This document shows, piece after piece, positions 19,343-28,617 of a stretch of 64,000 bases of DNA. The stretch covers positions 797 to 64,796 of the forward strand of contig JAFGEO010000099.1 in the NCBI GenBank assembly GCA_016931575.1, read 5' to 3'. Source of the DNA: Bacteroidales bacterium (GTDB taxonomy: Bacteria; Bacteroidota; Bacteroidia; Bacteroidales; UBA10428). Positions within the stretch are counted from its first letter, which is position 1; every line of letters starts with the position of its first letter. The notes below the pieces were generated by a model that did not search any database, was not told the DNA's origin, and was given only the letters and a program-made list of their open reading frames with translations. Made by a program: the position numbers and the translations under genes.

Positions 19343-19909
19343 CGCTAAATGTTTTGAGTTGTTTATTTCATTTTCACACTAAAATTACGGCATCAAAGTG
19401 TCAACCCTATGTCAGTGGGAGGAAAAAAGAAGAAAAAAATGAAAGGGGATTCTGAATATAGGATTTCGCGCAGATTTTCGCAGACTGCTGAATGCATAAG
19501 CCTGGACGGATCCCTCCTGAGAATCCTTTTTATGTAGAAGAACTATTCCTCATATAAAAGCCAACCGTGCTGTCTCACCGACATAGCCCTCCCTCTCTGA
19601 GAGAGGCTTGGGAGGGTATAACACAGACAAAATCAACAAATAAGTCTCCCCCTGAGATAATGCCGGATACACGCACTCAGCAATTCTCAAAACTCTGGAA
19701 TCACACTGTATTCCGGGTTTGGGATACTATATCAGTGCGAGAGTGAGCGTAGAAGTCAGGGTATTTTGCAATAACAGATCCCTGAGCATATCGAAGGGCC
19801 GGCAGGAGCTCTCTTCCCGGTATCGGTGATAAAAATCAACCTTCAAGTAATACAAGTTACAGATTGTTTTCATAACTTCATTAGAATATTAACCGCAAAG
19901 AATCAGGGA

Positions 19910-20200
19910 ATGGCAAAAGGCACAGTTAAACTGGCACTGGGAGAGAACCTGAATATCGAAAACGTCTCTGCTGTGAAAGCTGAGTTCGATAAAAAGGCTA
20001 AGGAAGGTGCAAAGATCCTTCTGGAATCTGGGACTATTTCGGATATCGACCTCACAGGCATACAATTACTCAACTACATGATTACCCAGGCAGAAAAGAA
20101 AAAGGTCAAGCTGCAGTTTAAGCTCAGCCTGGATGATAGTCTGAAAGAGATTCTGTTGCTATGCGGGTTTACTAGTATATTACAAAAAGCATTTGCATGA
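19910..20200 (+). CDS. STAS domain protein (chemosensory operon)
   Basis: ENLNIENV...DIDLTGIQLL...LLLCGF; 4-bp overlap with cheY; ATG 19910 preferred as start. Confidence 0.8.
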   Translation: MAKGTVKLALGENLNIENVSAVKAEFDKKAKEGAKILLESGTISDIDLTGIQLLNYMITQAEKKKVKLQFKLSLDDSLKEILLLCGFTSILQKAFA

Positions 20201-20565
20201 CAAAGCAGAAAAAAATTGTAGTGGTGGATGATTTCACAAGCATTCGGAGCATTATTCGTGAGACGCTTGTAAAAAAAGGTTTCCTGGTTTTAGAAGCCTC
20301 CAGTGGGGAGGAAGCCCTGAAATATTTTGACGGTACGCAGGTAGACCTGCTGATCACCGATTTTGATATGCCGGATATGAACGGGGCCCAGCTGATAGGC
20401 AGAGTCCGGGAAATGACCCGGTACATGTTTACGCCGGTGGTTATTGTGAGTGGTATTAAAAGGGACCGGGTACAGGATCAGCTGGAAGATCTCAATATTG
20501 CAGCCTACCTGCAGAAACCTTTTGAAATAACCCATTTTTACAAGGTTGTCGAACGATTAACATAA
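20197..20565 (+). CDS. cheY: CheY-like single-domain response regulator
   Basis: VVVDD, LLITDFDMPDMNG, VIVS, LQKPF. Confidence 0.85.
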   Translation: MTKQKKIVVVDDFTSIRSIIRETLVKKGFLVLEASSGEEALKYFDGTQVDLLITDFDMPDMNGAQLIGRVREMTRYMFTPVVIVSGIKRDRVQDQLEDLNIAAYLQKPFEITHFYKVVERLT

Positions 20566-20630
20566 ATTATGTCCCGGGCAGCTTTTTGTGAGAAGCCGCG
20601 GACCCAAACCGAAAAGCAAAGTTCAACGCC

Positions 20631-23087
20631 ATGAGTGATAAGAGTTCAGAAAAGTATGTTATTGAAGTAAAAGCATTACTGGTAAATCTTAAAATAGCCA
20701 TTCAGGAGTTTGACAAGGATTCTGCTTCCGACACACAACAGGAAGTGCTTGCCGAGCTTTATAACCAGCTGAATGAGGTTAGCAGTATTTATGGAATTAA
20801 TTCGGTCATTCAGTATACAAATCGTTTGCTGGATATCCTGAAGCATTTGCATCATTCCGATAAAGCAGCCGAAAAAGTAGTCAGGGAGCAGATAGGCAAC
20901 AGTGAAGCCATGCTGCAAAAGCTGGCTGAAGATCCGGTGATGAAGGATAAGCAGCTGAAGGCAGAATACTCTTCGCGTATCAGGACCATGGACGAACTGA
21001 CATCAAAACTCGAAAATGAGGAGCAGGAAGCCGGAAATACAACCAGACGCTTTAAAGACGTATTCATCGAGGAAGCTTTCGACCTGGTGAATCAGCTTGA
21101 AGAGAAAATGCTTCAGCTGGAGAGCGATCCCGAGGATGAAAGCATGATCGACCAGGTATTCCGTATAATGCATACCCTGAAGGGGAATAGCAACATGTTC
21201 GGGTATAATCACCTGGGTGCCATCACGCATGAACTGGAGAATATTTATGATGAGATCCGCAGCCATAAGATCAATATGACCCGCGGAATGCTTGAAGTAA
21301 CCCTTGAGTGCATCGACCATTTCAGGAACCTGATTGAAGATTCGGAACTGTCGGATGACAACAACAAGATCCAGCATGAGCAGATACTCCTGGAGATAAA
21401 AGGTTTTAGCGCTTCTGCAGAAAGTCTTACCGGGCAGGATGAAGAGCTGCTGACCGAACAAAAAGTTCAGAAAGGAAATGACTTCCATACCTTCTACATA
21501 TTTTTTAAACCCGAACGGGATATCTTCAATGACGGAACCAACCCACTGTACTTTGTGTACGACCTGAATGAGCTGGGAGAATGTTTGCCGGTGCCTGTCC
21601 TGCATCCTGATTCAGTGGGTGCTGCGTATATCCCGGAGAATTGTTATACTGCCTGGCATATCGTGCTGACCACCGACCATAATGAGGATGAGGTCAGGGA
21701 ACATTTTATGTTCCTGAAGGAGGAGAGTCAGCCTGCTTTCCGCATACTCTCCGAGGAAAACCTATTACATGTGAAGGGATTCCCGGAATATTTCAGGAAG
21801 CAGGTAGAAGGGAAAAACAACCTGATTGAGCTTGATGTAACCCCGTATACGGCACAATCGAAATCCGGGGAGAGAAAGAAAGTTACCGTTACAGGCCAAT
21901 CCAATCATGAAGCCATCTCCAGTGTCCGTGTATCCTCGCAGAAGATTGATCAGATGATGAACCTGATCAGTGAGCTGGTGATCAAGCAGGCAGAACTCAG
22001 CCTTTTGGCCGTGAGTTGCGACAACCAAAAGCTCATGGAGGTAGCGGAAAGCATCGAGAACATCTCCCGGGACCTCCGGGATAATGCCTTCAGCATCTCC
22101 CTGATCCCCCTTGAAAAGTCGGTGCTGCGCTTCCAGCGCCTGGTGCGTGACGTGTCGAAACGTTTTGACAAGAAAGTGGACTTTGTTGTGGAGGGAAAGG
22201 AGACAGAGCTCGATAAGACCATCATTGAGAAGATCGTTGACCCTATTATGCACATCCTTCGTAATAACATCGATCATGGGATTGAACTTCCATCGGAACG
22301 AAAGAAGAAAGGGAAGCCGGAGACTGGAACCATCACACTCAGGGCCTATCCTTCAGGCGCCCATGTAGTGATTGAAATTTCTGATGACGGCGCGGGGATC
22401 AACCTGGAAAAGGTCAGGGAGACAGCGGTAAAGAAAGGCATGCTTTCAGCTTCGGAAAACATTACGAATGATGAGTTAATGCACCTGATCGTATCCCCAG
22501 GATTTTCCACAGCCGAAAATATTTCCGAGGTGTCGGGAAGGGGTGTAGGAATGGACGTTGTAAATCAGAAGATCAGTGAGATTCGAGGGGAACTGGAAAT
22601 GAAAACCGAGAAGGATATCGGAACAACGATGACCATCAAACTGCCTTTGACGATCTCCATCATCGACAGCCTGTTGCTAAAATGTGCCGGCGATTTCTAC
22701 CTTGTGCCCCTGGCCGTGGTTGAGCGCTGCGCCGAAGTTAAGGCGAAGCAGATCCTGAAGGCTGAAAATAAGTATGTCATTCTTGCCGATGAATATATCC
22801 CATTCATCGATTTGCGAACCGAGTTCCTGATTGATAAGGAGCGCCCGGATGTACAGCAGATCCTGCTGGTGAAGTTCAGGGATATCGTGGTCGGACTTAT
22901 TGTTGACGAAGTGATTGGCAACTACCAGGCCGTATTGAAATCGCTTGGTGCGGCATACCGTAAGCAGGAGATCATTTCCGGAGCCAGCATCCTGGGAAGC
23001 GGGGAAATAGCCCTGGTACTTGATGTCAGCCGCATCATCCAGGAATATTCAGCTCAAAATGAGCTGAAGATCAACGCCATGGCTTAG
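20631..23087 (+). CDS. cheA: Chemotaxis histidine kinase CheA with an extra N-terminal HPt-like domain
   Basis: HPt FRIMHTLKG, SVRVS, GKETELDK, HILRNNIDHGIE, DDGAGI, PGFSTA...SGRGVGMDVV, and a C-terminal CheW domain. Confidence 0.95.
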   Translation: MSDKSSEKYVIEVKALLVNLKIAIQEFDKDSASDTQQEVLAELYNQLNEVSSIYGINSVIQYTNRLLDILKHLHHSDKAAEKVVREQIGNSEAMLQKLAEDPVMKDKQLKAEYSSRIRTMDELTSKLENEEQEAGNTTRRFKDVFIEEAFDLVNQLEEKMLQLESDPEDESMIDQVFRIMHTLKGNSNMFGYNHLGAITHELENIYDEIRSHKINMTRGMLEVTLECIDHFRNLIEDSELSDDNNKIQHEQILLEIKGFSASAESLTGQDEELLTEQKVQKGNDFHTFYIFFKPERDIFNDGTNPLYFVYDLNELGECLPVPVLHPDSVGAAYIPENCYTAWHIVLTTDHNEDEVREHFMFLKEESQPAFRILSEENLLHVKGFPEYFRKQVEGKNNLIELDVTPYTAQSKSGERKKVTVTGQSNHEAISSVRVSSQKIDQMMNLISELVIKQAELSLLAVSCDNQKLMEVAESIENISRDLRDNAFSISLIPLEKSVLRFQRLVRDVSKRFDKKVDFVVEGKETELDKTIIEKIVDPIMHILRNNIDHGIELPSERKKKGKPETGTITLRAYPSGAHVVIEISDDGAGINLEKVRETAVKKGMLSASENITNDELMHLIVSPGFSTAENISEVSGRGVGMDVVNQKISEIRGELEMKTEKDIGTTMTIKLPLTISIIDSLLLKCAGDFYLVPLAVVERCAEVKAKQILKAENKYVILADEYIPFIDLRTEFLIDKERPDVQQILLVKFRDIVVGLIVDEVIGNYQAVLKSLGAAYRKQEIISGASILGSGEIALVLDVSRIIQEYSAQNELKINAMA

Positions 23088-23172
23088 GATTATTCCTGCA
23101 TCTGATTAAACTGTGTGCTGAGATTTCCTGCACTGCATAAACTATTCAAACAATTTTCTCCTTGCCTTGAAA

Positions 23173-23208
23173 TAGTGACGCCCTATTTGGGCGTCACTAC
23201 ATTTCTTA
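23173..23208 (+). terminator. Hairpin/terminator after cheA
   Basis: Perfect 11-bp stem TAGTGACGCCC / GGGCGTCACTA followed by CATTTCTT. Confidence 0.65.
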
Positions 23209-23362
23209 TGTCGAACTTTCAAAATATGGACTGCGTTCAGTAGACGAAAAATCGCAGCCTGGTAATTATTATCCTTCTGATTATTTGGAAAATAGCCGCA
23301 AGCTTTGCTATTATTGCTCAGATAATCATTTCAAACTCTATTGCAATAAAACTTGATTCAGC

Positions 23363-24385
23363 TTGAAAACACTACTAAAAAATGTTCAGGAGTCGTATCG
23401 GGAGGGCCGGCGACTGGTATGTCCCCTGATTGGATTTCCGGGATTACAAATGACGAACAGTACCATTAAGCTGGCACAGCAAAATTATGGTGAACACTAC
23501 AAGGTCCTGCGCGCCCTGGTGGAAAAGTATCAACCCGACCTGGTTTTCCCCCTGATGGACCTTTCCGTGGAAGCAAATGCCCTGGGGGCCTATACCATTT
23601 TTCCAAAGGAAGACTCTGCTACTGTTTTAAAAGATGGTTTTTCAGCCGATGACCTGGAAAAACATTCCAGGATCAATATTGCTTCGGATACGCGCCTGTT
23701 GGGGTATGTAGAGACTGTCAGACTGGCAAACATCAGTTTTCCGGAGCAAATTGTTAAGGGCGCCTATGTTACCGGTCCGTTTTCGCTGATAGGGCTCCTT
23801 ATGGGAGCCGAGGAAGCAGCGATAGCTGCTATCATGGATCCGGATACTTTACTAAGGCTTTGCGAATTTGCCGTGGAACGCATCCTCGAGTATATCCGGC
23901 TTCTTATCGGGGCCGGGGCGCAGGTCATTTGTGTCCTCGAGCCTACGGCAGTAATGCTTGGTCCTGAAGAATTTGAACGTTTCTCTGCGGCTTTTATCAG
24001 GCATATTGTCAGCAGTTACAAATATACCGGGGTGTCCATCGTGTACCATACCTGCGGGAATACCATGCACCTCATTGAGCAAATGGTCGGCGCACAGGTG
24101 GATGCCCTGAGCCTCGATTCACCTGAGGTTGGGGTAGCTCTTCCGGAAGTGGCTAAAAGGATCAGGGGAAATACGATCCTTATGGGGAATATCAATCCTA
24201 CAGGGGCCATTTTAACCGGTAAACCTGAGGATGTCCATGCCGAGGTCACGGGACTGTTGCGTTCCATGGATGATTGCGAAAACTTTGTGTTAAGTACGGG
24301 TTGCGACCTGCCCCAGGAGGTACCTGTTGAGAATATACAGGCTTTCATGGATGCCGGAAGATCGTACAGGATCGGGAAAGGGTAG
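23363..24385 (+). CDS. Uroporphyrinogen decarboxylase superfamily protein, MtaA/CmuA-like Zn methyltransferase
   Basis: DLSVEANALG, GPFSL, YHTCG (HxC), GNINP, STGCDLP; TTG start. Confidence 0.8.
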   Translation: MKTLLKNVQESYREGRRLVCPLIGFPGLQMTNSTIKLAQQNYGEHYKVLRALVEKYQPDLVFPLMDLSVEANALGAYTIFPKEDSATVLKDGFSADDLEKHSRINIASDTRLLGYVETVRLANISFPEQIVKGAYVTGPFSLIGLLMGAEEAAIAAIMDPDTLLRLCEFAVERILEYIRLLIGAGAQVICVLEPTAVMLGPEEFERFSAAFIRHIVSSYKYTGVSIVYHTCGNTMHLIEQMVGAQVDALSLDSPEVGVALPEVAKRIRGNTILMGNINPTGAILTGKPEDVHAEVTGLLRSMDDCENFVLSTGCDLPQEVPVENIQAFMDAGRSYRIGKG

Positions 24386-24531
24386 ATGTTTCTATATGTT
24401 TGGTTTTTTATGGCTTCTGAATTCTGGATTCCGTCTCAATCAGAACGTTCAGCTCATCAACTCATCGCCTCCTCAACCCATGGGCCACCCTTTCGCCGAA
24501 CCCATGGCAATTATGCCCAGACAGAATCGTT

Positions 24532-24594
24532 CCTCGGACGCCATAGGCTTGCCGACGGCGATGCCCTCGGACGCCATAGGCTTGCCGACGGCGA
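24532..24594 (+). repeat. 30-bp direct repeat with 33-bp period
   Basis: CCTCGGACGCCATAGGCTTGCCGACGGCGA twice, separated by TGC. Confidence 0.9.
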
Positions 24595-24782
24595 CAGTTC
24601 ATCAACCCCCTCAACCCATCATTCCATTATTCCACCATACAACCAACCAGGTTTGATCCCAACCAGCTGCAAAAAGATGAGCCGGGAGGGGTGCTTCCCT
24701 TTTCCCGGCTTACCGGCTCATTGAGCAAAAACAATTACTAATTGGTATCGTTGGTGTGCTGTTATTCTGTTTTCGATCCTGA

Positions 24783-26072
24783 TTACGACTGTCTTTCTTT
24801 AAATTCCCCGACAACCTTTACGAAAATATAGATGGCCACGATTCCCACTAACAAGTGCAATGCCAGGGTATACATGACGTACTCCGGATGCCCCTGTTTT
24901 TCGAATGTTCCCATCAGACCCGTATAAACACCACTTATGATCGCGCCGATAAAGGTGGCCAGGAAGTTGGTCCCCATATAGAGCCCTGCCTTTTCTTTCG
25001 GAGCAATCCACATGATGTACTCCTGAATGCGCGGAGATGAGATCATCTCTCCGATGGCAAATAGGAAAATACCCAGGAAGACTAAGCCGATCGAGCCAGT
25101 CAGGGATATGCCAAGCAAGACAAACCCCGCTGCAGCAATAATAAGTCCAAGTAAGAACGATGGGATAGCAGCACGCTTTTCAAATATGCTTGATATGACC
25201 AACTGGAAAATAATGATAATAAAGCCGGTGTGCGAAATAGATTCTGCATTGATCATCCATACACCCTCATCATTCCTGCTGGATATTAGCTGTGTAAACC
25301 ATTCGCCCAGAACCCCTTTAACCCCGCTATAGATGGCAGCGGTGTCCATATAATCATTGATGTATATGGGGATTACATTAAAGAAAGCCCAGAACGGGAG
25401 CCAGAAGAAGAGTCCTAACAGGATAATGAAAACCAGGAATTTAAGATCAGAAAGGGCTTCCCATATATCTTCGAATTTCTTTTTCAGCGAGATGCTTTTT
25501 ATGATTTCTCTGTCAGGTTCCTTATAAAAGAGTACGGTGATAATAAACATGAGACCAATTGCAATTGCGGCAGTATAGAATACATAATCCCAGGACATGG
25601 CCCTGAGTTTTCCCATAACGATAGGACCGATCGAAGCACCCAGGTTGACCATCCAGTAGAAGATCCCGAAACCGAGTGTTTTATTCGTCGCGTCTGTGGA
25701 GACCCTTACCGTTGCTGAAATCAATGGTTTAAAAATACCCGCTGCGAATCCGATGGACAGCATCGTAATGGCAATGCCGGAAAAAGTTTTGGTAAGTATC
25801 AATAAAAGAATGGAGGGAATGTAGGCCAGGTAGGCAATAATAAGCATTTTTTTGAAGCCGTACTTATCTGCGAAAGTACCGGAGAAGAGTGGAATGAGGT
25901 AAGAAAATGCCAGGAATATGCTTTGTACCAATCCCAGGTCCCCCTTATCATATCCAAGTTGCCCCATGTAGATTCCGAAGCCCATGTAAATTCCATAATA
26001 GGCGAAGCGTTCAAGTATTTCGATGGTATTTGCTACCCAGAATACCTTGGGGAAAGGAGTTCGTTTACTCAT
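24783..26072 (-). CDS. MFS transporter, POT/PTR peptide-transporter-like
   Basis: EILERFAYYG (ExxERFxYY), GIFKP, GFGIFYWMVNLGA, GEMISSP. Confidence 0.85.
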   Translation of the reverse strand: MSKRTPFPKVFWVANTIEILERFAYYGIYMGFGIYMGQLGYDKGDLGLVQSIFLAFSYLIPLFSGTFADKYGFKKMLIIAYLAYIPSILLLILTKTFSGIAITMLSIGFAAGIFKPLISATVRVSTDATNKTLGFGIFYWMVNLGASIGPIVMGKLRAMSWDYVFYTAAIAIGLMFIITVLFYKEPDREIIKSISLKKKFEDIWEALSDLKFLVFIILLGLFFWLPFWAFFNVIPIYINDYMDTAAIYSGVKGVLGEWFTQLISSRNDEGVWMINAESISHTGFIIIIFQLVISSIFEKRAAIPSFLLGLIIAAAGFVLLGISLTGSIGLVFLGIFLFAIGEMISSPRIQEYIMWIAPKEKAGLYMGTNFLATFIGAIISGVYTGLMGTFEKQGHPEYVMYTLALHLLVGIVAIYIFVKVVGEFKERQS

Positions 26073-26305
26073 AGTTCTAAGCTTTTCAGTTTTTCTAAAG
26101 ATACAAATATTGAATTTATTTGTATGTAATGGGATGATATATGTCAGGGCAGGGAATACCTTCGGGAGAAGAGCTGTAAATCAGGACCGGGAATGGCAGC
26201 AATAATGGTAGTTGGCAGGAGAGATTTACAACTCATTGCGGCTATTCTGAATTGGCCCGGGGACGACTGCTGGAAGTAAAACCAAGGGCTGGTGTTTGCA
26301 CAAGC

Positions 26306-27673
26306 CTACCCGGTGATTTTGAGGTGTTTTTGAATCAGCAGGATCAGTTCGTCAGGATTGACAGGCTTTGAAAGATAGCCATCGCATCCCGACTCGAGGA
26401 TTTTGTTCTGCTCATCGGCCATGGCATAGGCGGTTTGTGCGATTACCGGGAATGTTAGGCCTGAACTCCGCAATTCCGCAATGGTTTCATAGCCGTTTTT
26501 TACCGGCATGTGAATATCCAATAGTACAAGGTCCGGCACTTTAGTGCTAACCATATCGATGAGCTCCTGTCCGTTCTGTGCATGTTTCAGGCTTACACCG
26601 TAGGGTTTCAGGAATTCTCTCATAAGAATGTATGATTCCAGCTTGTCTTCGGCAATATAGATCGTGTATTTTGCCAGGCTAACACGTGCCCTTTTCTTTT
26701 TAACAGACAGATCTTTTTTCTTTCCGGTTTGGTCAGAGCAGGGGAAGATAACGTAAAAAGCAGAGCCGATGTCAGCTTGTGATTCCAGGCTGATCTCACC
26801 TCCGAGTAACTCAACAAGTCCCTTGGTGATGCTTAGCCCAAGGCCTGTACCTTCCTCAAATTTGTTATCGTGAGCCTGCATAAACCGGTCAAAGATTGCT
26901 CCCTGCAATTCCTCGGGAATGCCCGCCCCGGTATCTCTGACATAGATTTTTATCATCTGCTCTTTCCCCCGTTGCAAAGCTTCGTATCCGAACTCAATGT
27001 ATCCGCTGTCAGTGTACTTTATGGCATTTCCAACCAGGTTGCTGATAATTTGTTTAAACCGTACCTGGTCGGTTTGCAGGCAATACTCCTTCTGATGGTC
27101 GAGGGTCAGAAACAGACGCAGGTCTTTCTTCGCCAGTAACCTTTTATCCTGTTTAAAAAGCTCGAAGAGTTCCGTAAGCAGCTCGTTGACGCAATGCATT
27201 TCCAGATCTATCTTGAGCTGGTTTGATTCAATTTTTGAGATATCGATGATATCATCGATCAATGCCATCAATTGTTTGCCGGAATTTTCAATGCAGGAAG
27301 AATATTCAATGCGTTTCCCGGGAGTGATAGAATCCCTGCCCAACAGGGTCGAAAACCCCAGGATCGCATTCATCGGTGAGCGGATTTCATGGCTCATATT
27401 GGCCAGGAAGGCCGATTTGAGCCGATCGCTTTCCTGTGCTTTCTCCTTGGCTTTTTGCAGTTCTTCATTGATAGCTTTGATCCTTCTATTTTGTGCTGCA
27501 AGGTCGGTACTGTTTTTCAGGTCATCGATCAACATATTCAGGCCCATGGCCAGGGCATCCAGCTCGTCATTTTTTCCGGATAATTTATTTTGGACTGAGA
27601 AATCGCCCTGTGCGACACTCATGACATTCTCAATGAGCTTTTCGATTCTTTCTTTATCTGATAATTCTTTCAC
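26306..27673 (-). CDS. Cytoplasmic hybrid histidine kinase (HAMP-like, HisKA, HATPase, REC)
   Basis: FLANMSHEIRSPMNAI, NLVGNAIKYT, DTGAGI, GTGLGL, and REC LVLLDIHMP...KP; no TM segment. Confidence 0.9.
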   Translation of the reverse strand: MKELSDKERIEKLIENVMSVAQGDFSVQNKLSGKNDELDALAMGLNMLIDDLKNSTDLAAQNRRIKAINEELQKAKEKAQESDRLKSAFLANMSHEIRSPMNAILGFSTLLGRDSITPGKRIEYSSCIENSGKQLMALIDDIIDISKIESNQLKIDLEMHCVNELLTELFELFKQDKRLLAKKDLRLFLTLDHQKEYCLQTDQVRFKQIISNLVGNAIKYTDSGYIEFGYEALQRGKEQMIKIYVRDTGAGIPEELQGAIFDRFMQAHDNKFEEGTGLGLSITKGLVELLGGEISLESQADIGSAFYVIFPCSDQTGKKKDLSVKKKRARVSLAKYTIYIAEDKLESYILMREFLKPYGVSLKHAQNGQELIDMVSTKVPDLVLLDIHMPVKNGYETIAELRSSGLTFPVIAQTAYAMADEQNKILESGCDGYLSKPVNPDELILLIQKHLKITG

Positions 27674-27696
27674 GTTTCAATCCTTTATTCCTGCAA

Positions 27697-28086
27697 TCAG
27701 TGTTCAGCCTCTTCACGGCTTGAAAAAAAACGGGTACTGCTGTTTTTGGTGAAGTTCATGACAAATGAGGCAATTACCCTGGCCACCGGGTGTAAACCTA
27801 CCAGGGCAACCTTACGCGTGCTTTCTCTCTCGCTGAGCTCTACCCAGACTGACCTGGCGCCGGGATGGTTTTTACCGCACTGGTTCAGGTCGATCAGGTA
27901 ATTTATCTCTTTTGAGAAGCTCTCTGCAAGGATCTGATGATGTTCCCTGTGTTTCAGGGCTATTTTTTCAGTCTGCTCCCCGATAGCGATCACAAAGACC
28001 GTGCTGGGAGGAGCCAGAAATATTTTATTGGTACCAATCAAAAATTCAGACTCACTGACTTGTATTATTTCCACCCGATTTTTCAT
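27697..28086 (-). CDS. STAS/SEC14 (SpoIIAA-like) domain protein
   Basis: YLIDL...ARS...KVALVG.HPVARVIASFV...RFFSSREEA pattern. Confidence 0.7.
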   Translation of the reverse strand: MKNRVEIIQVSESEFLIGTNKIFLAPPSTVFVIAIGEQTEKIALKHREHHQILAESFSKEINYLIDLNQCGKNHPGARSVWVELSERESTRKVALVGLHPVARVIASFVMNFTKNSSTRFFSSREEAEH

Positions 28087-28343
28087 AGTAAGTATGGCAA
28101 TACTTCAATCAAACTGTACGGCAAGCAATCCATCCATTAAGTTAATAAGATTTCTAAGAAATAATGCATTTCCGGTTCATGGAATATGCAGGATCAGTGA
28201 TTTGGCATCTCATTCGCCTTTTTTAAGAAGGGCTGGTCAGCTCAACCAGCCACGGTTCCAAAAACCTATTTTTTTTACAACATAGAGCGTCAACATATAC
28301 AGCCTTTAATTGTTGTTTAGCATAGTACATCAGAGGAACAGAG

Positions 28344-28580
28344 ATGAAGCAAATTTTTCTGACATTTCAGGTAAGCAAAGAAGATGCCTTTCGGATTGCA
28401 GAAGCTTCCCACGAGCCACATACGCATGACAATGAGGAGCTTATTATAGGGATCGAAGGGAAGCAGGATCTTTTTATCGGCTTTAAGACTTCTCTCATCG
28501 GGGCGCCCCTCATCAGTTAGGGTGCAAAAGGGTAGGTGCCCAGGTTTATGCCAGGGCTATCGGACGGAAGATGGACTATG
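28344..28580 (+). pseudogene. Degraded N-terminal cupin of an AraC-family regulator
   Basis: MKQIF...EPHTHDNEELIIGIEG..DLFIGF...APLIS*GAKG*V, with in-frame TAG at 28518 and 28533; no HTH half. Confidence 0.65.
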
Positions 28581-28617
28581 AAAATTGATAATTCAAACTT
28601 AAAAAACAGATACAGTT

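Noticed and set aside
27697-27699. TGA recoding (Trp or Sec) as a genome-wide alternative code
   Set aside because: TGA clearly terminates other genes here (P-II, the SPOR protein, the ECF sigma), and the context is not Cys-like.
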